From NCBI GenBank assembly GCA_051294375.1, contig CM119271.1:3682610-3746609 (forward strand): a stretch of 64,000 nucleotides of DNA. Direction: 5' to 3'. A program made the position numbers and the translations under genes. The notes beneath the pieces are model-generated. The model saw nothing but the letters and a program-made list of their open reading frames with translations, was not told where the DNA came from and did no database searches. Source of the stretch: Paraspadella gotoi (lineage: Eukaryota > Animalia > Chaetognatha). This document shows, one piece after another, positions 27,598 to 40,700 of this stretch (its first letter is position 1; every line of letters starts with the position of its first letter).

Positions 27598-27811
27598 GGA
27601 GAGAGAGAGAGAGAGAGCAGAGAGAAAAGAAATAGAAAATAAGAAAAAAAGGTAAAGGAAACAGAAATAAAAAGGAAAAAGATGAGAGAATAAAAGAAAG
27701 AGAGGAAATTGAAAAAGCCCGAGGGAAGGGAGGAGAGAGGGACAATAAATTGTTAATGAGACGCAGGGCGAGAGGCACGTAAGCAGAGGTCGAAGTTTAG
27801 AGAGAGAGAAG

Positions 27812-27867
<56 letters not shown>

Positions 27868-28099
27868 AAGAAGCTTCAATAGATCAGGGGATGATTTACA
27901 AATAATTGTATTTTGTATTTTGTATTTTAACCGTCCGTCTTTCCTCACAAAAAAAAAAGGAATAAAAAAGGTTTAAAATTGTAAACAAGAAGATAGAAAA
28001 ATGAGAAATGATAAAGTTTAAACGAAGGAACGAGCACACGAGGCTGAAGTGTCCATTGTTAGCACAAGTGCTTTAGCACTTCGTTGTTTTGCGTGACGA

Positions 28100-29360
28100 G
28101 GAAAAAGTGAAAAAAAAAGAGGAGAAAATTTTGGACTAAAGACTGAAAAATGGCGGAAAGAGGGTTTGGGGTGGCGAAGGGGAAGAAGGGAAGGAAGAAA
28201 GGAAGAAAAAAAAGGAAATGAATAAGGCAAGAAGGAAGAGAAGAAATGGGGAAGAAAGAGGGAAAGAGGGAAGAAATAAGGAGGGAAGAAAGGAGGAAAA
28301 AAGGAAAGGAAAGAAAGGAAGAAAGAAGGGAAGAGAGTTGGAAAGAAAGGAAGAAAAAAAAGAGGGAAAGTAAGACGGATATAAAAGGAAAGAAAGAAGG
28401 TAAAAGGGAAGTGCAGCAACTGTTGGGATAAAACGTGAAATGAAAATTAAACTGGAAAGTAAAAGTTGAAAACAAAAAGGGAAACCGGGTATAATGGGAA
28501 AAGGTTAAATATAATGTTATCTCATAAGAAAGGCAAAGATAAAGAAAAGAAAAGCAAAGCAAAGAAAAAAGTAGAGAAGAGAAAAAAATGACCCCCCCCA
28601 AAAAAAATGTGGGAAAAACTTTTGAGAAGAAAAACATCAGGAGACGCGAGTCAAAGAAGAATGGGGAAACAGTAAATGAAAAAAAAAGAAAAAAAAGGAA
28701 AACATAAAAGGAAACGAGTTTGACTGTTGAGAAAAAGAAGATGGCGACTGAAACGAAGTGAAAGAAGAGAAAAGAGAAATCGGGGGGAAAAAAATTTGAG
28801 GCTAGAAATTGCGGGAAGAAAAAAAGAAGATGAAAGGAAAGAGGGAAAGAGAAAGAAAGGAAGAGGGAAAGTGAAAGAGAAGAAGAGGGAAAGGGAAAGA
28901 GAGGAATAGGGAAAGAGAAAGAGAAGAATAGGAAAAGAGAAAGAGAGGAAGAGGGAAAGAGAAAGAGAGGAAGAGGGAAAAAGAAAGGGAGGAAGAGGGA
29001 AAGAAAAAGAGAGGAAGAGGGAAATAGAAAGAGAGGAAGAGAAAGAGAAGAAGAGGGAAAGAGAAAGAGAGAAAGAGAGAAAGATAGAAAGAGAGGAAGA
29101 GGGAAAGAAAAAGAGAGGAAGAGGGAAATAGGGAAAAGAGAGGAAACGAAAAGAGAAGAAAATGAGGGAGAGAAAAAAAAGGATTAAAATTCCCCCACAC
29201 AACAAAAAAGGAAAAGACAAAAAAAAAATGAAATAAGAAAGAGAAAAAGGAAATGAAAGGAAATTGGGGAGAAAGAAGAATCTCGAGCAAAGAAATGGCG
29301 GAAGATGCGCGACATTCTCGGCCGATAGGAGGAGAGGGAGTAGAGGGTGGAGATAGATGA
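28100..29360. repeat. Long polypurine (A/G) low-complexity tract with a ~22-bp GA-rich subrepeat
   Basis: Plus strand is almost entirely A/G, with AGAGGGAAAGAGAAAGAGAGGA-like units at ~28830-29150. Duplicated at ~52400-53660. Confidence 0.85.
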
Positions 29361-30278
29361 ACGGACGGGGGGGCTTTTCTCCGGTCGCAAAAGAAATCAT
29401 TTTCTATATATATTAATATATAAAATACTTCTGCCCTCAATAAAAACGAATTAGTACCTATCGATTAGTACTGGTATACTAGAAGAGAAAAAAAAAATTT
29501 TTTATTTTATTGCCGAAATATTTTGAATTTTTGATATTGTAAAAAAAAAAAAAAGATGAAAGCCCTATTTGATCGCGAAGATCTCAAATCGAACGAGCAG
29601 CTGGGATTGGCTCGGACGCAAGGCCTAGTCCCCGTTTCTTTCGGGCTTCGCCGCCTCGGGATCGTAAACTTGACGCCCTTTAATCTCCCGCCTTATTTTA
29701 CAATGCAGTGAATGATTAAGAAGCCCCTTGGTGACCCATTTGGTGGTGATACCCGATAGAGGATTTCTTTCTGCGCGACGAAGATCGCGAGGAAACGACT
29801 TTTCTGATTTTCTGTCGCGAAGCCAGTGGGTTCCAATGTTTTCTCAGCTTCTCACGCAATGACATAAACGTGTCAGTCTTTGTCACAACCACAACGATTC
29901 GCCCCTAATTTATGCGTGACCGGAACAGAGAACCGCCTCTCTCCCTTAAGGGTCAACGACTCGGCGAACCTTTTCAACGCTGATTGGTCGCCCGCAAAGT
30001 CGCGCGCTGATTTGGCGCGCACCCTGTCGAAAGAAAAAAAAAGAACAATGGCCCCGGGAACGAAGGTTGCTGAGAAAAAAAAGGGCATCGCGAAGGCAAA
30101 AATCCGGTAGAAACGAGGGTCGGGTGCAAAGAGGTAAGTGCGGGTGAGGAATGAATCGATGCCGCCGGTGACGATAAATTTTGGAGAAACGTTGATTGGT
30201 TTGTCAAGAGGCCAATGAGCCGGTAGCGCGGGGAAAATAGAAAAAAAAGGTAGATGGGGAAGAAAAAAAAAAGCAAGC

Positions 30279-30347
30279 TGTGGATAGGCGCTTAGTGGGC
30301 TGAAGAGTTGCTATCCGTAACTTCTTTTACCCCTGAAGCCAGCCATG
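30279..30347 (-). mobile_element. 3' fragment of the twister-bearing LTR-like element
   Basis: Reverse complement ends CGGATAGCAACTCTTCAGCCCACTAAGCGCCTATCCACA, matching 42151-42195. Confidence 0.75.
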
Positions 30348-31998
30348 AATGTCCTATCGTGAATCAGAGTCCATCCAACCTTACTGGGCTAACACTCCTA
30401 TACGTGAACGAGTTAGGTCGTACGCCCTAATATGTTCACACGACCTAAGGGTGCCTATCGGAGGTCTTCACTCGACAGTCATCACCACATATTTATTAGT
30501 TTATTCCTACAGTTTTTTAAACTCTTTCAATCTAAAACATTCGTGGAGAAATTTATATTTTTCTGCCATAAAGAGAAACGAAAACCAGAAACCAAAACCC
30601 TGCAACCATAACCAAAAAAAAAGAAAGCAAACAATTACTTTTGGCTACAAAAAATTTTTAAAAAAATTTAAAAAAAACCTTCGGTCTCCATTTCTTTCTA
30701 ACTTTTTTCCGATCAAAGCGTTAGCGTGCAGAACGTAACCGCAGCGCAGCGAGGCGATGCGCAGCGGAAGAAAAAGGAAAAGAAATAGGGAGGACAGATA
30801 AAGGGTCCGGCGGAGAGGGAAAAAGAGCAGGGACAAAGTCAGGAGGGGGATAGGAGTCCTGGTAAGTCGTCACGGCCTGCTTATATAGAAGCTTTTGGCG
30901 CGGCTTCAAAAACCCGATCCCATTCCTATGGGTCATTTACAGGCGGCATTATTTAGGACTCATTCAAAGTCTCGCAACTATTGTTCAATTTGTTCATTTT
31001 CCAGGGCTACGCCATTTTTATTTTGACTTTTCCAAGCACGTTTTTATCCAATGTCATTTTCCAAGCTTATTTCTCCTTTGCTACGTCTACAGCCCACCTG
31101 ACACGCCTCGCTGCCGCACTCTCCCGCATTCGCCACACCCCTTCCCCTTTTTGAAGTCACCCACCTAAGATCAGGTCTTCACTTTTTAAGGTCAAAATCG
31201 TCGATTTTTCCTCATCCAAAAAGTTATTTGTCCGTTCCTCCATTTTTTCCCTGCTCCGTTTTTTCCCCGTTTTTTTCATCATTCTTTTTGGTTTTTGTTC
31301 GTGTTTTCTTTGTGTTTTCTCTGGCTCTCTCGTGTTTTAATGTCGTGTTTTTATTCTTATATTTTATGACTTTACTCATGTTTAACATGATGTTACAAAA
31401 TTTTTTTTATCGATTTCAAGGTTTTTTTTTTCATATTTCTTTCCGTCTTGTCTTTTGGCGGTCGCCTCATCTCCCTTTCCTTTCCTTTTGCCTCCCCTTT
31501 CCTCCCTTCTTTCTTGCGCCTCGACTTTTTTATTGGTCAAAAAGCCGAAAACCACCATGCACCATAGCCATTTGAGTCAAGCACCATAGGAAGAAGGAGA
31601 GACATTTTTTTCCGATTGGACTTCCGTATTCAATCGAACCCCTTTTGCGGTGTGACCGTGGTGACCCCTTCCAATTTTTCCTCCGCTAATAACTTGGATG
31701 TTCTGACCTCGGACCCCATGACCCTCTGACCCTTGATGAGAGACCTCATTCACGGAATCGCTTTCCATCTCACATTTTTCTTTCGTCATTTCGTCTTTTC
31801 GCGTCACATCGTCACAGTCGCAGTGATTATCCCGAGGCCGTCGCCAATCTCAAAAAGGTCACCTGACTCAGCTCTCATCTTTTTTTTTTTTTTTTGCCCC
31901 CTGGATCCCTCTCTTTTATTCGGGTCCCTGTCTCATATATTTCTTCCGGGTCATTCTTTTGAAGACGGGACCATGTCGAACCTACCCCATAAAGGTCA

Positions 31999-32058
<60 letters not shown>

Positions 32059-33570
32059 CTATTTTAAATCAGAACCTAATGGAATTAAATGACTTAATTT
32101 TTATTGTTATTAATTTCTATAGGACCGGAAAAAAAATGAAAAAAATAAAAAAATTGTTACAATTTCGGGGGTTAAGTTAAATTCAAACAAAAAGTAAAAG
32201 TGGCAAAAACGGAATAAAGTTGTCCAGAAAGAGGACAGTAATTGAACCACACTGGCCAACTCACAAGAGCAGACAAGACTCACGGCTTTAAAAAAAATAT
32301 TCAATGACCTTTAACGCGGAAACGGAAGAGAAAAAAGTTTGATAATCTCGGCCTAATTCCGAATAATCGAATAATTTTAGGTTAACATGAAGATAAAAAC
32401 TTCGATTATATAGTTTACTTGATTATGTACCCCTGTGGCCCTCTTAAGTTTATTAATTAGTTACTTTATATTTATAGATGTATTAGTTATATTTTATCAT
32501 TATAACTTTTTGGTTAATATTACATGAATCCCGAACTAAACGTTTATTTCCTCGAGATAAAAAAAAGAAAAAAACATGAACCAAGAGAAAAAAAAGGTTT
32601 CCCGTTGTAAAGACGAGATAATTCTTTTTTCAAGGAATTTTTCTCAGTACAGGAATAAAAGGTTAAAGAGGAAAGAGGAAGAAGAGGCAAGGTTGCAAAG
32701 GGAAAAAGGTTTTTGTTATTTAAAATTACCGCGTCGTTATTTTTTTTATGAGAAAATTGTGAGCGGAAAAAATGCATCGCGTTCCGCTCAGACGGCATCC
32801 AATCAGGCATTACCCTATCGTTAACCATATTCTTTCCTTTGAAAGTAATTTACATCATTTCACAAAAGTTATTTTTACAGCATTCCTCTCGGCTTCGATC
32901 CTTTCCTCATCTTTAGAGACCGAACATTATTGCGGGTTAACCTCAGAACCCGCCCACTTTTCAAAAAAGATCAAACACGGATTCTTTGCCGCGCGGGGAA
33001 AACAACTTGAAGAGAACGAACCAAGTGGCATTGCTTCGTGACGTGTCATCGGCAATCAATTATTTGAAAGTTTAGGCTATTAAAACATTTATTTATTTAT
33101 AGTAATACATTAAAACGTAAAAAACGAAATACTGGGGTGGGACATATGTAGACAAAATTTTAAAAAAAATCATTTAATCTAAAATCTTAATGATTTTTTA
33201 AAACTGAATAAAATGATTCAAATAAATACTCTCTTCTTACTTTTAAACGATATATAAATTGTTTTGAAAATTCTTTTGATATAATGCTTTCTTTGATGCA
33301 GGCAAAAGACAACTGCTCGGTTTTTTTCCGGCGCAGTTTGGCAAGAAAAATGTTTGAATACTTATGTATTTAAATTCATTCTAAGATATAACAGATATAG
33401 TATAATTTATTAAATCTACTTATGAAATTAAATTCAATAGCGGACATAGATTCAACAACTTTAGTCTTGAAGTCTACTTTCACGCTAAAAAAAAGTTTGG
33501 TTTTAATGCTTTTATAGTTGCTTTATCAAAATTAACAATATTACTATATAATAATAAAAAAAAATTAATC

Positions 33571-34080
33571 CAAGATTAGAGTCTCACCCTATCGCGCAGG
33601 GCCTTTCTCCCCCCCGGGCCTTCTCCTTTCCTCCTCTTCACCGCCTCCTCCTCCCCTCCTCTTCATCTCCGAGTCACGTTATAGAGTCTTGGGAGATCGG
33701 ACTTCTCTCTCTCAACTTCTTCGGCTCGGGAATCTGCAAACCCTTCCCTCTCCCTTCTCTCCCTATTATTGTACCCTTGTTCCCTTTGTTGTGTCCCCAA
33801 GTGGGCGGCTCTCCGACCAAAGAGGAAGGGGCACAAGATAGAGGCTCACCTATCGCCAGGGGCCTTTCTCCCCCCCCGGGCCTTCTCTTCCTCCTCTCAA
33901 CGCCTCCTCCTCCCCTCGTCGTCCCCTCCTCTTCATCTCCGGGAGTCACGGATTAGAGTCTTGTTTCCCTTTGTTGTAGCTATTTACCTATACAATATAT
34001 TCCTTACCCTTACTTTACCTCTTTTCCCTGATGAGAGACTAGGTTAGTACCTACTTTAGCTAGTATACCCATCTTCCCAG
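33571..34080. mobile_element. 510-bp insertion with a 5-bp TSD (TAATC), nested in an AT-rich repeat
   Basis: TAATC at 33566-33570 and 34081-34085. Joining the flanks restores colinearity with 26860-26920. Internal ~125-bp direct repeat at 33571-33690 and 33833-33963. Confidence 0.7.
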
Positions 34081-34374
34081 TAATCAATCTTAAATTTTTT
34101 AATGGGATTCTAATATAGCTTAAAAATTTAAATAAAAAGTACACACTATAATAATAATTAATAATAATAATAATAAATAATAATACCACACTACAACTTT
34201 TCAAAAATTTATTTATAGTTCCAAAATAGGGAAAAAAATAATAAAATTAAACGAAATATGATAATGAATGATCGATTATTTTACTACCCTTTTTTTATTG
34301 TGTTTTACCTGTACTTTTGATCACTTTCAATAAATTACATATTCAAACAAATTCACAAATTGAAGAGGACAGTG

Positions 34375-34508
34375 ATAAGCGCCCCGCTTCCCTCTTAACT
34401 TGCCAGCGACCACCGGGATAGAACCTCGGACCTTTGGGTTGGGAGGCGAATGACTTTGCCTCCGCACCAATGGCCGCTGATGAAGGTTGGTGGTTTAGAT
34501 CCACCATA
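34375..34508 (-). mobile_element. tRNA-derived SINE-like element, copy 2
   Basis: 72-nt tRNA-like core at 34406-34477 (GCGGCCATTGGTGCGGAGGCAAAGTCATTCGCCTCCCAACCCAAAGGTCCGAGGTTCTATCCCGGTGGTCGC), homologous to 12709-12780. Confidence 0.75.
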
Positions 34509-35108
34509 AAATTTTATTTAATACCTGACGGACTCAGAAGAATTATCCAAGAATAAAGAATTTACTCTCCTTTTATATACAAAAGGACAAAATTATAACA
34601 GGCCAATGAGAGGATAGTTGCAATTTCTAAGAATAATAATCAAAACATCTACTAGTTATTATTAACCAATGAGAGACCAGATAATTCAAATTCAATATAT
34701 AAAATTCAATCAATTAGAGGCTTTAAACAAGAATTAATGTAGTTTAGTACGTTAGTTTTTATGTTAGTTTAGTTTTTACCTGTTTTACCGTTTTCCGTCT
34801 TTTACATTGTTACTGTTTCTGATTATGGTTAATGCTGTTTTTGGTTTGATTGAAAAAAAAACTGGATTTTTTTGTATTTGATAAAAAAGAAAATTATTAC
34901 GAAAAAAAATAGGAGTCATTTAATTTTTTTAATAAAACTTTAATTTTTAATTTAATTTAATTTTAATTTTTAACTTTTATTTTTAAATAAAACTTTAATG
35001 CAATTTAATTAACTTTATTTTTTTTTAATAAAACTTTTAATTTTAATTTAATTTTTTTAATTTAATTTTTTTTTTAATTAAAAACCTTTTTCAGATATTT
35101 GGAGCTCT

Positions 35109-37702
35109 TTAACAGAGACTCTTTAGCACTTCTTTAATGTTTTTCCGCATAAGCTTTGTCCATGTGCCTCAGTAACTAATATTTTTGGGTGAACTGCACC
35201 GTCCAATGAAGTTTTCCGCTTAGATGTGATGATGTAATCTTGAAGATGGACATGCTTCGTTTTCTCCCTTTGCAAAAGAAAACGAATTGAAAATTTCGAA
35301 GGGCCTCTGCTCATTTGCAATTCCTTTTAATGTAATGAAAAAAATATAGGATTGAACCTTAATTTTTTTAAACAATGAATAAAAAATCTTTAAATTTTTA
35401 GTCGGATTCTGCTTTTCAGCAGTTCCCAACTCTATAATTTCTTTGTTGGTCCGTCGGTCCGCCACCTCAATCTTGTTCGGGCATTCACTTTTATCACTGT
35501 CAGAACCATCGAAATTATGATAAATTATGCATGTTGGGTAGGGAAGTGTGTGATCCGAGCTTGATAGTGAAAGTTTCGATGGAATCGTCCCAAGTTGGAT
35601 AATGAGGTTTAAATGAAAAAACCAAAACACTTATATTCACTATTTGAACACCAATTTGCCTCATGAGTGGATGGGTGTGATTTACCTGAAATTTTGTATG
35701 TGGGTAGGTAAGTGTGTGATTAAGCTGGAAATTCGAGTTTTTTCGATGGGAATCAATGAGTGGAAATGAGTTTAAATAGAAAAAAACAAAAAAAACCGTT
35801 TTACTATTTGATTATGCTTCTTTTTTGCAAGATGTATTTAATTAATCAAATAATTAAATCAGTTAATTAATCAATTAGTCAATTAATTAAATCATTAATT
35901 TAATAATCAGTAATAAATTAAGTCAATCGTTATCGGCATTATTCTCATCGTCGTCATTGATTTTGTCTGTGGTTTAGCTGGACGAAAAGACCTAAAAAAC
36001 AAACATTTGAGGATCAAATTAATTAATTAATTAATTGCCTTACTTAATTAATTAATTAATTATTAATTAATTAATTCATTACCGATAATGATCGTGAGCA
36101 GATCCGGACATTGTTTGCTCCAAAACTTTGTTTATTTTATATTTATTTAATAAAGAAGATATGACTGTGCTTCGACAAAAGATTTATTTGTGTTAATTTT
36201 TTATCTCTTAACAAATTAACATCATTGATTAATTTTTTTGGTTTTTTATTGTTCTTAAAGGATTTCTTAACTTGTAGCATGTTTTCTCATTTAAAAACAG
36301 AACCAAAGTTGCTGATTGTAAAATCCTTGCAATTTTATTTTTGAATCAAAATCCTCAAAATATTTTAAAGGATAGATCGTTCCCCCATTTTTGCGAAAAA
36401 CACTATATACAAAACTGGTTGATGGCTTTCTTCCTTTGCCATTGGTAACTTGCTGTTCCCTTTGTGTATCTCTTCGTGAATTGATCCAGCCAAAGACCAA
36501 AAGTTTTTTCTCGATAGTGGCAATTGACAAAGTCCGCTGGATGAAGGTTTCTGGAGGAATATAATTCCAAATGTCTGTCGATGGCACGGGTGGATTGGGC
36601 AAATTGCCGAAGGAACAATATGGAATAAGACGTCAGAATAGGATTGGATTCCCATAAGTGTCAGCTGCTCATTGCGCCAGTGTTTGAAAAGCAATCTAAT
36701 GTAAGCAAGTTATGCAGCAGCATGCAGTGTTCCGTTGAATTTGCACCATGAAGGCGACTTTTTTTGCAGAAGGTTGTTCATTTCATCAGCAGTAAATTCA
36801 AGAGGAATGAATTTTGTATGGTGGCTAATTGGAAATTTTTTCTTTCTGCTTACTGTTGGCTGTTGAATCACCCGGTCATATGAGCAAGGAAGCACGGCGA
36901 AAATTAGGGCTCAGCAGGTAAACCAAAAATTTTTAATTTCAAAAAGATCCAAAATCGTTGACAAGTATGACAAGCCTAATGACAATTTAGTATAAAAAGT
37001 AAATATTTTATTTTAATTCAATTAATTAAAACAAAATTTTTGATACCTAATATTTAATGACCCAAGAAGTTTTGGCTAATGAAGGTGGTATTGTAGCGGG
37101 TTTTTGCTGCGAAGGAAAAACATTGTCATTGTTTGCATTGCAACCATCTTTGAGTCGACTTAAATTCATCCAGAGCAGGATCGGCAATTGCCATGACTGA
37201 CCTTCCATCGCAAATGGAATGATGGAAAGTAAAGATCAAAGGTCGACAATTCTCTCCTTTTCCATATTTTCCATGAGCGTATCTGACCCGCCACCCAAAG
37301 GACCCTTTGCATGAATCAAACAGATTTCAGACTTTCATTTTTTTCTACAACGGATTTTTCCCAATCGTTTGTCTCATTTCTTCAAAATCGACAACAAAAA
37401 ATCTGAATCTCCTCGCAATCACATTTTTTCTTTTCTGAGATTGACGAATTTTCATTCTCAGCCATCGGATTGAGTCGCGGCCAATCTGCCGCAACGCCCT
37501 TTATCAAATCTTCCACGGTCAGAGGGCTGGCAGCTTTTTACGAAGAGAAAACTCCGGTTACGATACTATTTGGCCATTCGTTGACTGTACTTCGAACTAA
37601 ACCTCCTTGGCCCGAACAAAGGTCGAGAAAGTCGGGGTTATTTTCGTCAGTGGGTTTGTCAATTTGCAGTCTAAGTTTCTGAAGCGGTCCAATGAAAGAC
37701 AT
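35109..37702 (-). CDS. Standalone condensation-domain / alcohol-acetyltransferase-like (CAT-fold, CoA-dependent) acyltransferase; multi-exon and frameshifted in this assembly
   Basis: Hand translation across indels gives family motifs in order: NPMLRMKI (HPxLR-like), DWEK...FDSCKG[PL]WRVR, LIFTFHHSICDGRSVMAI (HHxxxDG at 37224-37204), TKFIPLEFTADEMNNLLQK...TLHAAA, KNFWSLAGSIHEEI, LSNLGR (35599-35588), SHLSGKLHWTVQF...AYAE. Short AT-rich introns, e.g. donor near 37046. Start and exon borders are approximate. Confidence 0.72.
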
Positions 37703-40700
37703 AAATTTTAACCACCTTACGGCAGTAACGAAAATGGGTGAGGGTCCATTTCATTAACAGTCGCGGATTCGTCATTTCTTATTCGATACAGTATGTACCA
37801 TATAATAATTGCGATTTTATCCAAGATTAATGAAGTTTTTACTGAACGATTCTCATAAGACCTAATGCTTAAATAAATGTTTAAAATTATGGTCCCCACC
37901 CTGTTATAATTTATTTTTTTAAACGTTTAAGAGAAAACGACATCGCGGTGGAAAAAGGCACACACAAGAAAGCAAAATAAAATGAAAAAGACACTCGTGC
38001 TTCGACGCTGGATGTTCGCCACAGGTTGCGACGGCCTTACCAATTCAATCTCGTGTTCACTCTGAATAGGCGGCACATAGCCCCACTGAGCCTCTTGGAT
38101 ACAGAATTACCATTGAGTGTCCTCTCGTTACAGACCTTCGAGAAAAACTTAAATATTTGCTGTACGATTCTTAGAACGAAAACAAATTTACTTCTTCTCA
38201 CTACAAAGGTACTTAGGGTAAAAATAATATTTTGAATATCACAGTTAACACCAGTTGACTGCCGCATGTTGATATTCTCGTTTCTATAATCCAACGGGCC
38301 TGCACGTGTCGCGCAGAAAATGGAAGGCCCTAAGAGATGAATATATTATAACGAGAGGGCGCGCAGAAATCCGCCGGAAAACAAAGGGTCCCTCGAGCGA
38401 GTTAATCATATGTATTAATAATCAATGCGTTGAGGCACAATTTACTCTCACTAAGGACGATCCAGTAGCTCAAGTGAGCACAGTCCACAATGATCACCGG
38501 CTTGCATAAGGGATGATCGATAATACGTCCAAGACAAGTGACAGCTAACCAAACTGTCCAGAAATACCCTCGTTTCCATCCCGTTGAGGCGAGCGCTCGT
38601 GCAATGTTTCCTACGCATGATTTTCAGGCCAGGATTCTTTTATAAGCCCAATTACCTCATTCTTGTCTTTATTGTGTCCCTATCAGCGAATGTCGCTATT
38701 TTCTAGCGATAAGTTTCTATTTAACTAAAAACAGAACCATAGGCACAGGACAGTGTTCAAATAAATCTTAACTGAAAATGAAAAGCAGTAAATTAAACGA
38801 GCAAATTGATAAATTGAACACAAATGGCTGGCCAATATGTTAAATGAGACTTTAATCGATCGGAAAATCCAAAATCAAAGAAGTAAAATTGAAAACCGGA
38901 AATATAAGACAAATAACGTTGGGGAAAAAACTTTGACTAGATAGCTAGAAACAGCCGTAAGTTTTCTATTCGTGCTCAGCCCACTGAAAGGTAAAAGTTT
39001 CGTAATGGTAGAGTTTTGAGATTGTTGTGCCTATTATCTGGCCACATACTGAGTGAACATATATGTTCCGCATCACGTACTGAACTAAGGCAAACAAAAC
39101 GGAGGAATGAGACTGACGAATCACAGAGCGAACCGACGTTGACGACAATCAACGAACGTATCACATTGAAAATATACTACGGGGCCCGACCGGCTGTTCG
39201 AAACAACGCCTTCAAAGTCGGTCGGTCCGGCGCGACGTTGTTGTGAGATCTGGCCACTTAATCGGCGCCGAATCCAGACGTGTCGGACTAGATCCAGCAC
39301 GGGCGGAGCGCCGCGTCAATACAGGAAGACGAACGCGATCACTAGACGGGCGCCGCTGGAGGAAATAAGAACCGGAAGTGACGGTCAGAGTAATAATGCA
39401 TGTCCGGGCGCCGGATGTTGGCATTGAGGCCAGGGCGGTAGCGTTCTTCGAAATCGCAGGATGGTTTGTGGAGACTGGAAGATGGAGAGAGATTACATAT
39501 ATATGAGAAGAGGAAGGGAGCAGTATAGATGAGAAAGAAGAAGAGAGAGAGAGACGAAGAGAGAGAGATGAGGGAATGAGAGAGAGAGAGACGAGAGAGA
39601 GATAGAGAGGAGAGATAGAGGAGAGAGGGGGAAACGATTGATTTCAATCTGGTTTCGAAAAACAACATATTTATTTTAGTTAAACATAATCTCCCCGGAA
39701 AAATTTCGAAGCAAACAACATGTTTTTAAAATTCCAAATTCAACATTCAAGCGTCCAAAAGACGAGCTCCATTCCGCTTCGTTTGCTCCTTGAATTTTTC
39801 ATGATTCATTGAAAATGAAAAAAAGCGGAAACTGGTTGCAAGGCTTCTACTATGGAATATCTCGAGCCACCAGAGAGGGAATATAGACCAGTCTCGATGG
39901 TGAATGAATTCGGCCTCAACGTCAGATTGTGTGAGAATCTTATGGTGGCTCTAATATCATCCATGATGCTTAATTTCAATGTATTGATATTCCTGTTAAA
40001 CTTAACTGAAGGTAATGGTAACCCTTTTTTATTATCAAAGACGTACAATATTTGTCAACTAATTAACTCCAAGCGCTAACCTAGCGTAAATTCTATTAAT
40101 ATTCCTCTATCTATTAATAAAATGGGTCCGCATCTCATAAATAATCTAAATAGACGAATTAAATATAAACAATCTTACATGCACCGGAAATCTTGATAAT
40201 CCTACTCAAGATTCCGATTAAGTGTGACTCAGGATCACCTCTTCATGGTATTTCGTGGCGTGCCGTCGTCTTCGTTCAGTGGCATGTCGATCATTTCATC
40301 TTCCTCTGTCTACGATCGCTACTTCTCGTTACTAGAATACATTATACCACCTTATATTCATCGAATATAGTAAGTCTTCGTCGAATCAGATGTCCGTCGT
40401 CACTGCGACAGCAGAACTCGTCAGATTGACTCGCGGTCAAAAACTCGACCTAGACAATTCGGAACAACTTTTCTGTTTCCTCGCACATCCGAGTTTAATG
40501 TGTCTATATAAATTGACTCATCTTGTTAATAATGATAGGAAAAATTTAAAATAAAAGTTTAGTATTCTCCTATTTGGCTTTTTACCTTTCGCAATAACTT
40601 TCATGCTTCTGCCTTATAATTCCAATCTTCACCCAAATTTTTCACTTTTTGCTTTCAATTTTTTTCTCAATTTTTTAGATTTTTTTCCTTAAGTTTTCAT

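Larger units (their letters stand above)
23117..30347 (+). repeat. 7.2-kb block duplicated at 47397-54657; its first 3.6 kb also repeats 19546-23020
   Basis: Identical ORFs at a constant offset of 24280 (e.g. 23768/48048, 25950/50230). Both copies start immediately after a 25-N gap. Confidence 0.95.

Noticed and set aside
27346-29440. Long F/L/S-rich hydrophobic ORFs (also 52943-53701)
   Set aside because: Translations of the polypyrimidine strand; frames are not conserved between the duplicate copies.
30047-30140. Histone H2B-like start MAPGTKVAEKKK with a nearby GTAAGT
   Set aside because: Stop after 20 codons and no histone fold downstream.
34028-34075. Hammerhead ribozyme at CTGATGAG
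   Set aside because: A hairpin follows, but there is no GAAA core or stem III. Other CTGANGA hits (34476, 45147, 55979) also lack a paired stem II plus GAAA.
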